From a virus, in the IMG/VR virus record IMGVR_UViG_3300043466_003163, positions 24,590 to 88,589 of that record: a stretch of 64,000 bases of DNA. One strand, written 5' to 3'. The notes below the pieces were generated by a model that was not told the DNA's origin, did not search any database, and saw only the letters and a list, made by a program, of their open reading frames with translations. Below are positions 1 to 9,904 of the stretch, in pieces (the first letter of the stretch is position 1; each line of letters begins with the position of its first letter). The position numbers and the translations under genes are program-made.

Positions 1-435
1 AATTATGTGCAAGCCCCCATATCGTATGTTGAAAAAATAATACAAACAGAAAACCCAAAAAATATAATAATAGTTTATGAAGATTTTTCAAACCCAAGTG
101 TTAATTATCTAATAAATAATTATAAAAATATTGTTTTGGTTAATAATTTAATAGAAGGGATAAGTTATATTTTATCTGCAAAAAAAATAGTTATAACTGG
201 AGTCGGAACATTTGCTAGAAGTTTGGTAATGTGTTCTAACAATATTGAAAAAGTTTTCGTACCATCTTTTTTAAAAAAAGATAATAATAATGATAACACT
301 CTTTATGATTATGATTGTTGTGTTGATTATTCAGATTTAGAAATAATAAAAATTAATATACCAAACTACTTAACAACCAATAGCTGGGAATGGAATAATG
401 AAATAAAAAATTTATATGTAACACATAAATTATAA
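1..435 (+). CDS. Partial glycosyltransferase-like protein (possible fucosyltransferase), 5' truncated
   Basis: Frame open from base 1; YVQAPISY..II and A..IV..GTF motifs; directly upstream of gmd/fcl. Confidence 0.4.
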   Translation, partial: NYVQAPISYVEKIIQTENPKNIIIVYEDFSNPSVNYLINNYKNIVLVNNLIEGISYILSAKKIVITGVGTFARSLVMCSNNIEKVFVPSFLKKDNNNDNTLYDYDCCVDYSDLEIIKINIPNYLTTNSWEWNNEIKNLYVTHKL

Positions 436-466
436 TAATTGATAACATTAAATTAAAAAATATATA

Positions 467-1444
467 ATGAAAAAAGCACTTATTACAGGAATTAATGGTC
501 AAGATGGTTCCTACTTAGCCGAATTACTTTTAGATAAGGGATATGAGGTTTGGGGTACAGTAAAAAGAAATTCAGTATCAGAAACACAATCCAATAGAAT
601 AGATCATTTAAGGGACTTTAATAAAGTAAATTTAGAATACGCCGATTTGACTGATATGGCATCTTTAATTAGAGTACTATCTTTAGTTCAACCAGACGAA
701 GTGTATAATTTAGCAGCACAATCACACGTAAGAATATCTTTTGATCAACCAATTTATACCGCAAATGCAACAGGATTAGGTACGTTAAATTTATTAGAAG
801 CAGTTAGGATGGTTTCACCACATTCCAAAATTTATCAAGCATCTTCATCAGAGATGTTTGGTAACAATATTGATATTGACAGTTACCAAAGAGAAACTAC
901 CCCGATGAACCCTGTTTCTCCTTATGGTTGTGCCAAAGTATTTTCTTACAACATTTGTAAGAATTATAGAAATTCATACGGAATGAAAATTTGGAATGGT
1001 ATTCTATTCAATCACGAATCACCAAGAAGAGGGACAAATTTTGTAACTAACAAAGTTGTTAAAGCCGCTGTCAGAATCAAGTTAGGGTTACAAGATAAAC
1101 TACATTTAGGAAATCTTGACGCAACAAGAGATTGGGGGCACGCAAAAGATTATGTTAAGGCAATGTGGATGATGCTACAAACAGATACACCTGATGATTA
1201 CGTTTGTGCAACAGGAATATCACATTCGGTTAAAGATTTATGTGAATACACATTTACAAAATTAAATTTAGATTTTAAAGAATTTGTTGTTGTAGATGAA
1301 AAACATTTCAGACCTGAAGAACTGCATGATTTAAAAGGCGACTCATCAAAGTTAAGAAATGAATTAGGATGGAAACCTAATTATACTTTTGAGTCTATGT
1401 TAGATGAAATGATAGAATATTGGTTGGATTATTATGGGAAATAA
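467..1444 (+). CDS. gmd: GDP-mannose 4,6-dehydratase
   Basis: ITGINGQDGSYLAE, YNLAAQSHV, SPYGCAK, FNHESPRRG, RDWGHAKDYV. Confidence 0.97.
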   Translation: MKKALITGINGQDGSYLAELLLDKGYEVWGTVKRNSVSETQSNRIDHLRDFNKVNLEYADLTDMASLIRVLSLVQPDEVYNLAAQSHVRISFDQPIYTANATGLGTLNLLEAVRMVSPHSKIYQASSSEMFGNNIDIDSYQRETTPMNPVSPYGCAKVFSYNICKNYRNSYGMKIWNGILFNHESPRRGTNFVTNKVVKAAVRIKLGLQDKLHLGNLDATRDWGHAKDYVKAMWMMLQTDTPDDYVCATGISHSVKDLCEYTFTKLNLDFKEFVVVDEKHFRPEELHDLKGDSSKLRNELGWKPNYTFESMLDEMIEYWLDYYGK

Positions 1445-2345
1445 AATTTTAGTAACAGGTGGAAATGGTTTAGTTGGATCAGAATTTATAGGAGACAAAT
1501 ATTATAAACCCACATCAAAAGAGTATAATCTAATCGATAAAGAAGAAACACACCATTTAATGTCTAAAAAGTTTTACGGTGTTATTCATTGTGCCGCTAA
1601 AGTAGGTGGAGTTGGTGCGAATTTGAATTATAAAGGAGATTTCTTTTATGATAATATAATGATGAATACAAATGTTATCAATGGAGCTAGATTATCTGGA
1701 GTTAAAAATTTAGTATGTTTTCTTTCTACATGTATATTTCCTGATAATATTGATTATCCATTAACTGAAAAAAAAATACATCTTGGTCCACCACATTTTT
1801 CTAATGATGCCTACGCCTACGCTAAAAGAATGGCGGATGTTCAAATAAAAGCATATTGGGAACAATATGGTTTGAATTATAAATCGGTAATACCTACAAA
1901 TATTTATGGACCAAATGATAACTATAGTTTAGATAATGGACATGTGATACCTTCATTAATACATAAATGTTATTTAGCTAGAGAAAATAAAACTGACTTT
2001 ATCGTTTGGGGTAGTGGTAAACCTTTAAGAGAATTTATTTTTAGTAGGGATGTTGCCAAATTAACCGAATGGGTTTTAGAGAATTATAATGAAAATGAAC
2101 CTATAATATTATCAACCTCAGATGAAATATCTATAAAAGAAATAGTATCTATAATAGTAGAATTAATGAATTTTAAAGGTGATATTATTTTTGATGAATC
2201 AAAACCTGATGGGCAATATAGAAAACCTAGTGATAATTCTAAAATAAAGTCGTATTTACCTAATTTTAGTTTTACACCGTTATATGATGGATTAAAGGAA
2301 ACTATTGAATATTTTGAAAATAATTACGAAATTATTAGAAGATGA
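1434..2345 (+). CDS. fcl: GDP-L-fucose synthase
   Basis: GGNGLVG, HCAAKVGG, YAYAKR, PTNIYGPNDN, WGSGKPLREF; coupled to gmd. Confidence 0.95.
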   Translation: MGNKILVTGGNGLVGSEFIGDKYYKPTSKEYNLIDKEETHHLMSKKFYGVIHCAAKVGGVGANLNYKGDFFYDNIMMNTNVINGARLSGVKNLVCFLSTCIFPDNIDYPLTEKKIHLGPPHFSNDAYAYAKRMADVQIKAYWEQYGLNYKSVIPTNIYGPNDNYSLDNGHVIPSLIHKCYLARENKTDFIVWGSGKPLREFIFSRDVAKLTEWVLENYNENEPIILSTSDEISIKEIVSIIVELMNFKGDIIFDESKPDGQYRKPSDNSKIKSYLPNFSFTPLYDGLKETIEYFENNYEIIRR

Positions 2346-2382
2346 TCTTTAATTTTTCATTATTAATTAATAAATTTAATGT

Positions 2383-3135
2383 ATGAGTAGAAGTAGAAGA
2401 AAAAATAAACAACTTTCTGAAGAAGAAATTTTAGAAATGGAAGCGTTCCTTAATAGGAATAACATAGAAGAAGAGAAAGTTTTTAAAACAATCTCAATAA
2501 ATGTAAAATCTAAAACAGAAAATCAAAAAAAATTAATAGATTCTATACGTAATAATGAGATAACTATTTGTAGTGGTTTACCAGGATCTGGAAAAACATT
2601 TTTATCTTGTGCAGAGGCATTAAGACTTGTTACTACACAAGAAAAATATAAAAGAATCGTTTTAGTTAAATCTATTACACCCTTAAAAAATGAAGAGATT
2701 GGGCATCTACCTGGTGATTTAAAAGAAAAAATGGCACCAATAATGGAATCTTTTACTGACAATATAAGAAAAATAATTGGTAAAAGTAGAATGGAGAAAT
2801 TAATTGAATTGGGTGTTATTGAAATTGTCCCTATCGCTTTTGCTAGAGGTAGAAGTATAGACAGTTCAATAATCCTAATTGATGAAGCTCAAAATATTAC
2901 ATTGGATAACATTAGAACGCTTATGACTAGAATAGGCGACAATTCCAAAATGGTTATTATGGGGGATGTTAAACAAAAAGATTTACGTAATAAAAAAGAA
3001 AGTTCTTTAGAGATTGTTTTAGAAAAATTTAAGGACGTTGAGGGATTTGGATGTGTTGAATTAAGGAATCCTGAAGATGTTGTTAGAAACCCTATAATAA
3101 AAATAATTGAGGAGATTTTTGAGGGATTAGAATAA
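2383..3135 (+). CDS. phoH: PhoH-family ATPase
   Basis: GLPGSGKT, IGHLPGDLKEK, RGRS, DEAQN, TRIG, GDVKQKD. Confidence 0.93.
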   Translation: MSRSRRKNKQLSEEEILEMEAFLNRNNIEEEKVFKTISINVKSKTENQKKLIDSIRNNEITICSGLPGSGKTFLSCAEALRLVTTQEKYKRIVLVKSITPLKNEEIGHLPGDLKEKMAPIMESFTDNIRKIIGKSRMEKLIELGVIEIVPIAFARGRSIDSSIILIDEAQNITLDNIRTLMTRIGDNSKMVIMGDVKQKDLRNKKESSLEIVLEKFKDVEGFGCVELRNPEDVVRNPIIKIIEEIFEGLE

Positions 3136-3152
3136 TAAAAATACATTAAACT

Positions 3153-3320
3153 ATGGAAAAGTTTATTTTAAAGACAAAGAATGGAGAAAAGATAAATATT
3201 ACAGAACAGGAAGATTTAGATTTATCCATAGAATTTTTTGCTAAAATGAAAAAAATTAGTAAAAAAGAATTATTAAAAATTTATATCGTAGAAAAATATG
3301 AAAATAGGAATATCGATTGA
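3153..3320 (+). CDS. Small hypothetical protein (55 aa, not in ORF track)
   Basis: MEKFILKTKNGEKINITE...; fills the intergenic gap in operon orientation. Confidence 0.6.
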   Translation: MEKFILKTKNGEKINITEQEDLDLSIEFFAKMKKISKKELLKIYIVEKYENRNID

Positions 3321-3915
3321 TGGTGTTATTAGAGATTTTATAACAAAATTTGAATCTGTTTATGATAAATATCATCCGTTAGAAACTGAAGGGGGTGAAG
3401 AACCCCAAAAAAGAGAAATAAATAATTTAAATCTTTTAGAACATTTTGTTTTTACTGGTGGTACTGACGAATTAAATAAATTTCTTTATGTTGATGCGTC
3501 TTTAGAAATATTTGGACATGCTGGAGAAACAAAATTAAATTCTGTAGAACATTTAAATCAATTACATAACATTATTGAGGATATGGGTCATACCCCAATA
3601 GTTATAAGTAAAGAATTAAATAATAGTAAACCTGCGACTTTATTCTTTTTATCTAAATTATCGTCCAAAGTTAATAATATAATATTTGTGAGAGATAATG
3701 AAAAGAAATGGGAACATGTCGATGTATTAATAACTGCAAATCCTGAATCTTTAGATAAAAAACCTGATGGTAAAATTTCTATTAAAGTTATTAATCATTA
3801 TAATAAAGATTGTTCATCCGATTATACCATAATTGATTTAAAAGAGTTATTGGATGATAAAAAACTATTGGAAAAAATATTAAATACGGAAACTATAGAA
3901 TTTGAGGATATATAA
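3298..3915 (+). CDS. HAD/5'-nucleotidase-like protein with degenerate motif I
   Basis: IGISIDGVIRD (canonical IGIDIDGV); DVLI later in sequence. Confidence 0.55.
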   Translation: MKIGISIDGVIRDFITKFESVYDKYHPLETEGGEEPQKREINNLNLLEHFVFTGGTDELNKFLYVDASLEIFGHAGETKLNSVEHLNQLHNIIEDMGHTPIVISKELNNSKPATLFFLSKLSSKVNNIIFVRDNEKKWEHVDVLITANPESLDKKPDGKISIKVINHYNKDCSSDYTIIDLKELLDDKKLLEKILNTETIEFEDI

Positions 3916-3960
3916 TCTTTACTTATTCTTAAAATTAAATAAAATAATAAATAAAAGCTT

Positions 3961-4281
3961 ATGGATAATTTACTTTTAGAAATTGGTGGTAAAGAATTAT
4001 ATTTTGATATTGATAGACTTTCAGATGTAGTTAAGATAGAATCTAAAATTACCCCTAACCAACCCTTAACTGATTCAGAAGGTGAGGAAATTATGGACGA
4101 ATCTTTATTACAGATAGATATAACTAAATACGAAATGTATAGAGAAATGATATCAACTATTTTAAATTATAATGAAGAAATAGATGATAAATTAGGTTTT
4201 GTTGGTTTAAATAAGACTAACGTACCTTTTAAAATAGCTTATAATACTTTACTTATGAAAGGTATTATTAAGGAATTATAA
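3961..4281 (+). CDS. Hypothetical protein
   Basis: ORF in operon context. Confidence 0.7.
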   Translation: MDNLLLEIGGKELYFDIDRLSDVVKIESKITPNQPLTDSEGEEIMDESLLQIDITKYEMYREMISTILNYNEEIDDKLGFVGLNKTNVPFKIAYNTLLMKGIIKEL

Positions 4282-4302
4282 TAATAAAATAAAAAAACTA
4301 TT

Positions 4303-5418
4303 ATGAGTGAACAATTAGAAAGAATTAAAGAGTCTATTGAAAAAATTAAAAACAAAGATTTTGGAATTTATTTTTTTACTATTGATACTAAAGGTAACCC
4401 AACCGCAGGTGTCGCAACAATTTATGAACATGTTAAAAAATTAAGAGAGTTAGGGTATAACGCTCAAATTTTACATGATAAAGACGATTACAAACTACGT
4501 GAAGATGAAAATGGTATGGGTATTGCGGAATGGTTAGGTGAGGAATACGCAAATTTACCACACGTATCTATAGAATCGCAAAAACTACAAGTAAGTGCCT
4601 CTGATTTTGTAGTAATACCTGAAGCGTTTGCTAGTATTATGAAACAAACTGTTAATTTCCCTTGTAAAAGAATTGTATTTTTACAATCTTACGAATACAT
4701 TTTTGAAATGTTAGAAATTGGTGAGGGTTGGGAGCAGTTTGGTATTAGAGATGTTATCACCACAAATGAAAATCTTAGTAAGTATGTAAACTCATTGTTT
4801 AGAGGTTTATCTACTGATGTTATACCTGTAGGGATTCCTTCCTATTTTGAGTATGATGGAAAACCAAAAATACCTACGGTATCTTTATCTGCTAGAGATA
4901 AAAGAGAATTGCTTAAAATAGTGAAAATATTTTACCAAAAATACCCACACTATAGATTTATCACTTTTAGAGATATGTCAGGATTACCTAGAAAACTATT
5001 TGCTAAAGATTTGAGTAAGTCTTTTTTAAGTGTTTGGATAGATGAATTATCTAGTTTTGGTACATTTCCATTAGAATCGATTAAAGTTAATACACCAGTT
5101 ATTGGTAAAATACCTAGAATGGTTCCTGAATGGATGGGTACGGTTGATGAAACTGGTAACCTTATTTTAAATGATAATGGTGTTTGGACTGCCAATTTAA
5201 ATGCAATTCCTGATATTATTGCAACTATGGTAGGTTTGTATTTAGAAGATGCATTACCTAAAAATATTTTAGATGGAATGGTAGAGTGGAAAGATAAATA
5301 TTCTACTGAAGAATCAGATAAAATTTTGTCAGAAGTTTATGATAATATCTTTAAACGAAGAATTGTTGAATTAGAAGTTAGTTACCAACAATTATCTACT
5401 AAACAAGAAATCGTATAA
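4303..5418 (+). CDS. GT-B glycosyltransferase-like protein
   Basis: AGVATIYEHVKKL, VVIPE, SSFGTFPLES..TPVIG. Confidence 0.7.
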   Translation: MSEQLERIKESIEKIKNKDFGIYFFTIDTKGNPTAGVATIYEHVKKLRELGYNAQILHDKDDYKLREDENGMGIAEWLGEEYANLPHVSIESQKLQVSASDFVVIPEAFASIMKQTVNFPCKRIVFLQSYEYIFEMLEIGEGWEQFGIRDVITTNENLSKYVNSLFRGLSTDVIPVGIPSYFEYDGKPKIPTVSLSARDKRELLKIVKIFYQKYPHYRFITFRDMSGLPRKLFAKDLSKSFLSVWIDELSSFGTFPLESIKVNTPVIGKIPRMVPEWMGTVDETGNLILNDNGVWTANLNAIPDIIATMVGLYLEDALPKNILDGMVEWKDKYSTEESDKILSEVYDNIFKRRIVELEVSYQQLSTKQEIV

Positions 5419-5440
5419 TAATTTTTAAATTTAAATTAAG

Positions 5441-5578
5441 ATGTCTAAGATTCAAAGTGCCACATATTACGTAGGTAACGCTAGAAAAAAAAGAAAAGGT
5501 GTTCATGCAAAGACTAAAACTAGTAAAACTAAATCGAGTAAACTCTATAAGAAAAAATATAGAGGACAAGGTAAATAA
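5441..5578 (+). CDS. Small very basic protein ending YRGQGK (45 aa, not in ORF track)
   Basis: MSKIQSATYYVGNARKKRKGVHAKTKTSKTKSSKLYKKKYRGQGK. Confidence 0.7.
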   Translation: MSKIQSATYYVGNARKKRKGVHAKTKTSKTKSSKLYKKKYRGQGK

Positions 5579-5605
5579 TAACATAAAAAATAATTAAAAT
5601 TAAAT

Positions 5606-6382
5606 ATGAATAGTATTTCATTAATAGTACCAGTACATAAATTAGAAAAAGAATTTTTAGATAGTTGTATATTGAGTATTAAAAATCAAAAAGAAAAGCC
5701 TGATGAGGTTTTATTTGTAACAACAAAAGATGAAGAAATTACATCTTTTTTAACTGATTATGATTTTGGTGATTTAAAAGACGTTGTTAAAGTTATTACA
5801 AATGACGGAGATGATTACGGGTTTCAATCACAAATTAATTATGGTGTTAAATCATCAACGTCAACATACTTTACATTTTTAGAATATGATGATCAATTAT
5901 CACCAATATGGATTAAAAATGCTAAAGAGTATATTCATCATTATCCAGAAGTTGGGGTATTTTTACCTATTATTTATGAAACTGATGAAAATGGTAATTT
6001 TATTTCATTCACAAATGAAAGTGTTTGGGCAAAAGATTTTACTGAAGAATCAGGTTATTTAGATAATAATGCGCTACAAAGAGTTCAAAACTTTAATTTT
6101 GATGGTATGGTTGTAAAAAAATCTGATTTTGAGGAATATGGTAAACTTAAAAGTAATATAAAATTGACTTTCACATATGAATTTTTATTAAGAATGACTT
6201 ATTTTTCTGTACCTGTTATGGTAATCCCTAGATTAGGGTATAAGCATTTAAACAATAGAGAGGGATCTTTATTTGTAGAGTATAAAAATACTATTGATGT
6301 ATTAGAAAGTAAATTTTGGGTAAATAAAGCCAAAAAAGAATATTTCTTCAAAGAAGATAGAGAAATAACATATGAAGTATAA
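5606..6382 (+). CDS. Family 2 glycosyltransferase
   Basis: ISLIVPVH, SIKNQ, INYGV, TFLEYDD. Confidence 0.8.
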   Translation: MNSISLIVPVHKLEKEFLDSCILSIKNQKEKPDEVLFVTTKDEEITSFLTDYDFGDLKDVVKVITNDGDDYGFQSQINYGVKSSTSTYFTFLEYDDQLSPIWIKNAKEYIHHYPEVGVFLPIIYETDENGNFISFTNESVWAKDFTEESGYLDNNALQRVQNFNFDGMVVKKSDFEEYGKLKSNIKLTFTYEFLLRMTYFSVPVMVIPRLGYKHLNNREGSLFVEYKNTIDVLESKFWVNKAKKEYFFKEDREITYEV

Positions 6383-6390
6383 ATTTGTTT

Positions 6391-7125
6391 ATGTCAGAAG
6401 AACCTAAAAAAAGGGGTCGGAAGAGAACAAAGAATTTATATTTTGGTCCAGAACAGGAAGAAGCAGTAGTTAATTTTTTAACAAGTGAATCGTATAGTGA
6501 AAGAAATAAAATTTACAATGAGCATCTAAAAGGCCCAATTGATAAGATGGTTGAGTCCATCATAAGGCGTTATAAATTATATAGAAAAGAATATGAGTAT
6601 GAGGACGTACATTCTGATACTCTTTCTTTTTTGATAACTAAAATGCATAATTTTAAACCCGATAAGAATAAAAAAGCTTATTCTTATTTCGGTACAATAT
6701 GTAAACATTATCTTTTAGGACAATTAATAAAAGATGATAAAAAATTAAAATCTGATGTGTCATACGAAGATGTTTACAACACAGTAGAAACTATGGAGGA
6801 TTTAACCTATACCATAGATGATGATAAGTTGCAGTTAGATATTTTTATTGAGGAAATTTCTGCAAGTATTAAGGCAGAAATGAAATATAATAAATTATCG
6901 GATACTGAATCTAAAGTTGGGTCCGCATTAACAACTATTTTAGATAATTGGGAGACTATATTTGAACAAATAGAAAGTGGTAATAAATACAATAAAAATT
7001 TAATACTTTCTTATATCAGAGAAATATCTGATTTATCAACCAAAGACATCAGAATAGGTATGAGAAGATTTAAAAAGATATATGTTTTTATGAAGAATGA
7101 TAAATTAGAAGATGATTCTATATAA
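6391..7125 (+). CDS. Phage sigma factor-like protein (T4 gp55-like late sigma candidate)
   Basis: Region-2-like DVHSDTLSFLITKMHNFKPDKNKKAYSYFGTICKHYL. Confidence 0.7.
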   Translation: MSEEPKKRGRKRTKNLYFGPEQEEAVVNFLTSESYSERNKIYNEHLKGPIDKMVESIIRRYKLYRKEYEYEDVHSDTLSFLITKMHNFKPDKNKKAYSYFGTICKHYLLGQLIKDDKKLKSDVSYEDVYNTVETMEDLTYTIDDDKLQLDIFIEEISASIKAEMKYNKLSDTESKVGSALTTILDNWETIFEQIESGNKYNKNLILSYIREISDLSTKDIRIGMRRFKKIYVFMKNDKLEDDSI

Positions 7126-7161
7126 AAAACTAATATCAGATATTTATAGAAAAAGATTAAT

Positions 7162-7545
7162 ATGAGTAGACCGAAAAAAACTAAGATCAATTTAGATAAA
7201 AATAGTTTACAAGAATTAATGCAAGAAATCTATAATGATTGCACTAATATAATGAGTAGTGCTAGAAGAGAATTAACTGAAAGAAAACATAGGGTAGATA
7301 TTGAAGATATCAATGATGAATATCAAATAGGTAAAGTAAACAATGAGACACTAAAAATTATTGAGACTACTATTGATAAAAAAATTGCCTTAGCAAAATT
7401 ACAATCACAAATTTTAGGTAACAATTCAAACGATAACGAACAAACTTCATCTAATGGGGGTATTACTGAAGATGATAAAAATATTCTTAGGGAGTTATTT
7501 AAAGAGAAGGCTATAACTAAAAATACTGAATACGATGTAGATTGA
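7162..7545 (+). CDS. Hypothetical helical protein, first gene of a late unit
   Basis: TATTTATA at 7141-7148 upstream. Confidence 0.65.
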   Translation: MSRPKKTKINLDKNSLQELMQEIYNDCTNIMSSARRELTERKHRVDIEDINDEYQIGKVNNETLKIIETTIDKKIALAKLQSQILGNNSNDNEQTSSNGGITEDDKNILRELFKEKAITKNTEYDVD

Positions 7546-7546
7546 T

Positions 7547-9253
7547 ATGAATGAAAAATTTAGAAATGTTGTTTGTGAACCTAAAGATGTTATTGGTGAT
7601 ATTAAAAGACAGATACTTGAATTAATATCACTAAATCAAACTATTTGTAATAATCTACCTGATTTATCAATCCCCAATATAATACCTGAAGTACCTGATC
7701 TTAATATAAGTCAAAGAATTATTGATTTATTAAATGATATATTGGCAACAGTTTCAGGAATCAATGTTGATGAGATGAGGATGCAATTAATTAATTGGTT
7801 AGTTGAGCAACTAAGACCCCTTTCTGAAGATTTATCGTTAACTCTAATAGATAAAATTAAATGTTGTTATGCATGTAAAATAAGTCCTAAAATACCTAAT
7901 TGGTTATTTGTTACTGATCCGTCAACAATAGTATTTGATTCTAATGGCGTTCCTGTACCTAACTCTGGTAGTCCAGGTATTGGAATAAATATAGAAATTA
8001 ACAAGATTGATTTAAGTTGTTTATTTGCGGTTGAACCTAATAGTAGTGTAGGTAAATTATTTTATGACGGTAACTCAAATGAAGATATAAACGCATTTTT
8101 ATGGGATGTAATACAAGAAAATGGTAATCCATTGATATGGAAAGACCCAATTTCAGGTAAAGAAATTGCTGAAATAAGATATTTAGAAAATAGTTCTACC
8201 GCTTTCGTTAAGAGTGATGGTACAGTAAATTATCAAAACATAGAATCGAGACCTAGAGTTTTTAATGTAAGGATAGTTAATCAAACTTACCAAAATAAAA
8301 CTCTAATTAATTTTTTAATTGATTACTTTAATAGTCAAAATCCATTATTTAATCCTGAAAAAGTGGTACCAAATGTTATAGATTTAATTTATGGTTCTTT
8401 AACTAATAAGGTTAAATTACCAGATGAGTGTTTGAATAAAGTTGTTGAACTAGAAAAATCTATTGAGGATTATGTAGATAAAGGTGTAGACAATCCTGAA
8501 GTTACTTTAGATGATAGTTTTTATACTTTTACTTCTGCCCAATTAGCTAATATAAAACAAACAGTCAATGAAAAAAAATTAGGAGTAAAACAATTCCAAA
8601 AATGTTGTAGTAAACAAACTAGTAGTATTTCATTTGAGACTTTAGATACTATAGATAAAGAAATAAAAAATTCATCTAATTTAGAACAAAAAATACAGAC
8701 TTATACTAAAGCGTTAGATACTTTAATTTCTGAATCAGTTGCGGGTGTAAAAAATTTAGAAAAAAATAATGCAACATCTGAATTTTTAGCAAACTTTATC
8801 AGTTCATTACAAATTGCATTAACTAAAATAGTTTTAACACCTAAAAATCTTTTAATGTTAAATATTTTTTATTATTTAGTTAATTCTAAACCAGTCGAAA
8901 AAGTTAGGATTAAAGAAATATTGAGGGAATATGAATGTATTATAAGTGCAATTATTGCCGATTTGATAAGGAAAATTGTTTACGAATTTTTATTACCTAT
9001 GATTTTAAAAGCATTAAAAGAAATTATTTTATGTGCAGTTAGAAAAAAAATTAAAGAAATTAATATAAATTATTTAAAAACTAAAAGAAGTCTATTACCT
9101 CCATTTGTTACTGATACTGCAAATGCGATAGAAGGACTTTTAGGTAAGGCGGAAAATACTGTAGATAAGGCTAGAGGATTTACAGATAAAATAAATTTAG
9201 ATTCATTGAATAATGTTAATCTATTTAATAATAAAGGAAGATTTTGTGATTAA
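7547..9253 (+). CDS. Large hypothetical, probable baseplate/structural protein
   Basis: 568 aa in the late unit next to a gp5-like gene. Confidence 0.45.
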   Translation: MNEKFRNVVCEPKDVIGDIKRQILELISLNQTICNNLPDLSIPNIIPEVPDLNISQRIIDLLNDILATVSGINVDEMRMQLINWLVEQLRPLSEDLSLTLIDKIKCCYACKISPKIPNWLFVTDPSTIVFDSNGVPVPNSGSPGIGINIEINKIDLSCLFAVEPNSSVGKLFYDGNSNEDINAFLWDVIQENGNPLIWKDPISGKEIAEIRYLENSSTAFVKSDGTVNYQNIESRPRVFNVRIVNQTYQNKTLINFLIDYFNSQNPLFNPEKVVPNVIDLIYGSLTNKVKLPDECLNKVVELEKSIEDYVDKGVDNPEVTLDDSFYTFTSAQLANIKQTVNEKKLGVKQFQKCCSKQTSSISFETLDTIDKEIKNSSNLEQKIQTYTKALDTLISESVAGVKNLEKNNATSEFLANFISSLQIALTKIVLTPKNLLMLNIFYYLVNSKPVEKVRIKEILREYECIISAIIADLIRKIVYEFLLPMILKALKEIILCAVRKKIKEININYLKTKRSLLPPFVTDTANAIEGLLGKAENTVDKARGFTDKINLDSLNNVNLFNNKGRFCD

Positions 9254-9255
9254 TT

Positions 9256-9702
9256 ATGGCTAGTGGATGTGAATCAAATGATAGAAACGATATCTATAAA
9301 AATATAGGTATTGCTGGTGCACTCGTAACAATTGCTTTGTTACTTAAAAATGCGTTTAAAACACCTAAGAAAAAACCATTCGTCTCTAAGGAAGAAATTT
9401 TAATTGGTACTAAAACTAGAGAAGGTCTTAGTGCAATTAGAATGGCATCTAAAATTATTGAAAGGAAAAAGGAATTAGGTATCCCAACAACACCGTTAGA
9501 AAGTGGTGGAGTTAATTTAGATTTACAGATGGAGGTAGTTAGGTGTGAAACTATTATTGATGAATTTTTAACTCACGCTAGAGTAGAATCTGCATTCCCT
9601 CCTGGTGTTCCTATAACTGCAACTGGTGGTAATGCTGGTGGACCAATAGTTGTTCAAGGTGCAACAACAAATTCAGTTAAGGTTGATGGTATTGTAACAT
9701 AA
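9256..9702 (+). CDS. Hypothetical, possible baseplate/spike-associated protein
   Basis: C-terminal PPGVPITATGGNAGGPIVVQG; gene context. Confidence 0.4.
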   Translation: MASGCESNDRNDIYKNIGIAGALVTIALLLKNAFKTPKKKPFVSKEEILIGTKTREGLSAIRMASKIIERKKELGIPTTPLESGGVNLDLQMEVVRCETIIDEFLTHARVESAFPPGVPITATGGNAGGPIVVQGATTNSVKVDGIVT

Positions 9703-9712
9703 TGTTAGTTTT

Positions 9713-9904
9713 ATGAGTGATAATAAAATAAATTGGGATAATTTGAGTAATGCTTCTATAAAAATGAATTTAGAATCATTAATGCATGAACAAATATCTT
9801 TAAGAGAAAAAATAATCAAATTATCAGAAAAATTAGAATCTATAGAGAAAGAATATTTTTATGGTAATAAAGTTTTAATTAAAAGATATAAAGGTGAAGA
9901 ATGA
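9713..9904 (+). CDS. Small coiled-coil protein
   Basis: 63-aa ORF overlapping the next start. Confidence 0.6.
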   Translation: MSDNKINWDNLSNASIKMNLESLMHEQISLREKIIKLSEKLESIEKEYFYGNKVLIKRYKGEE

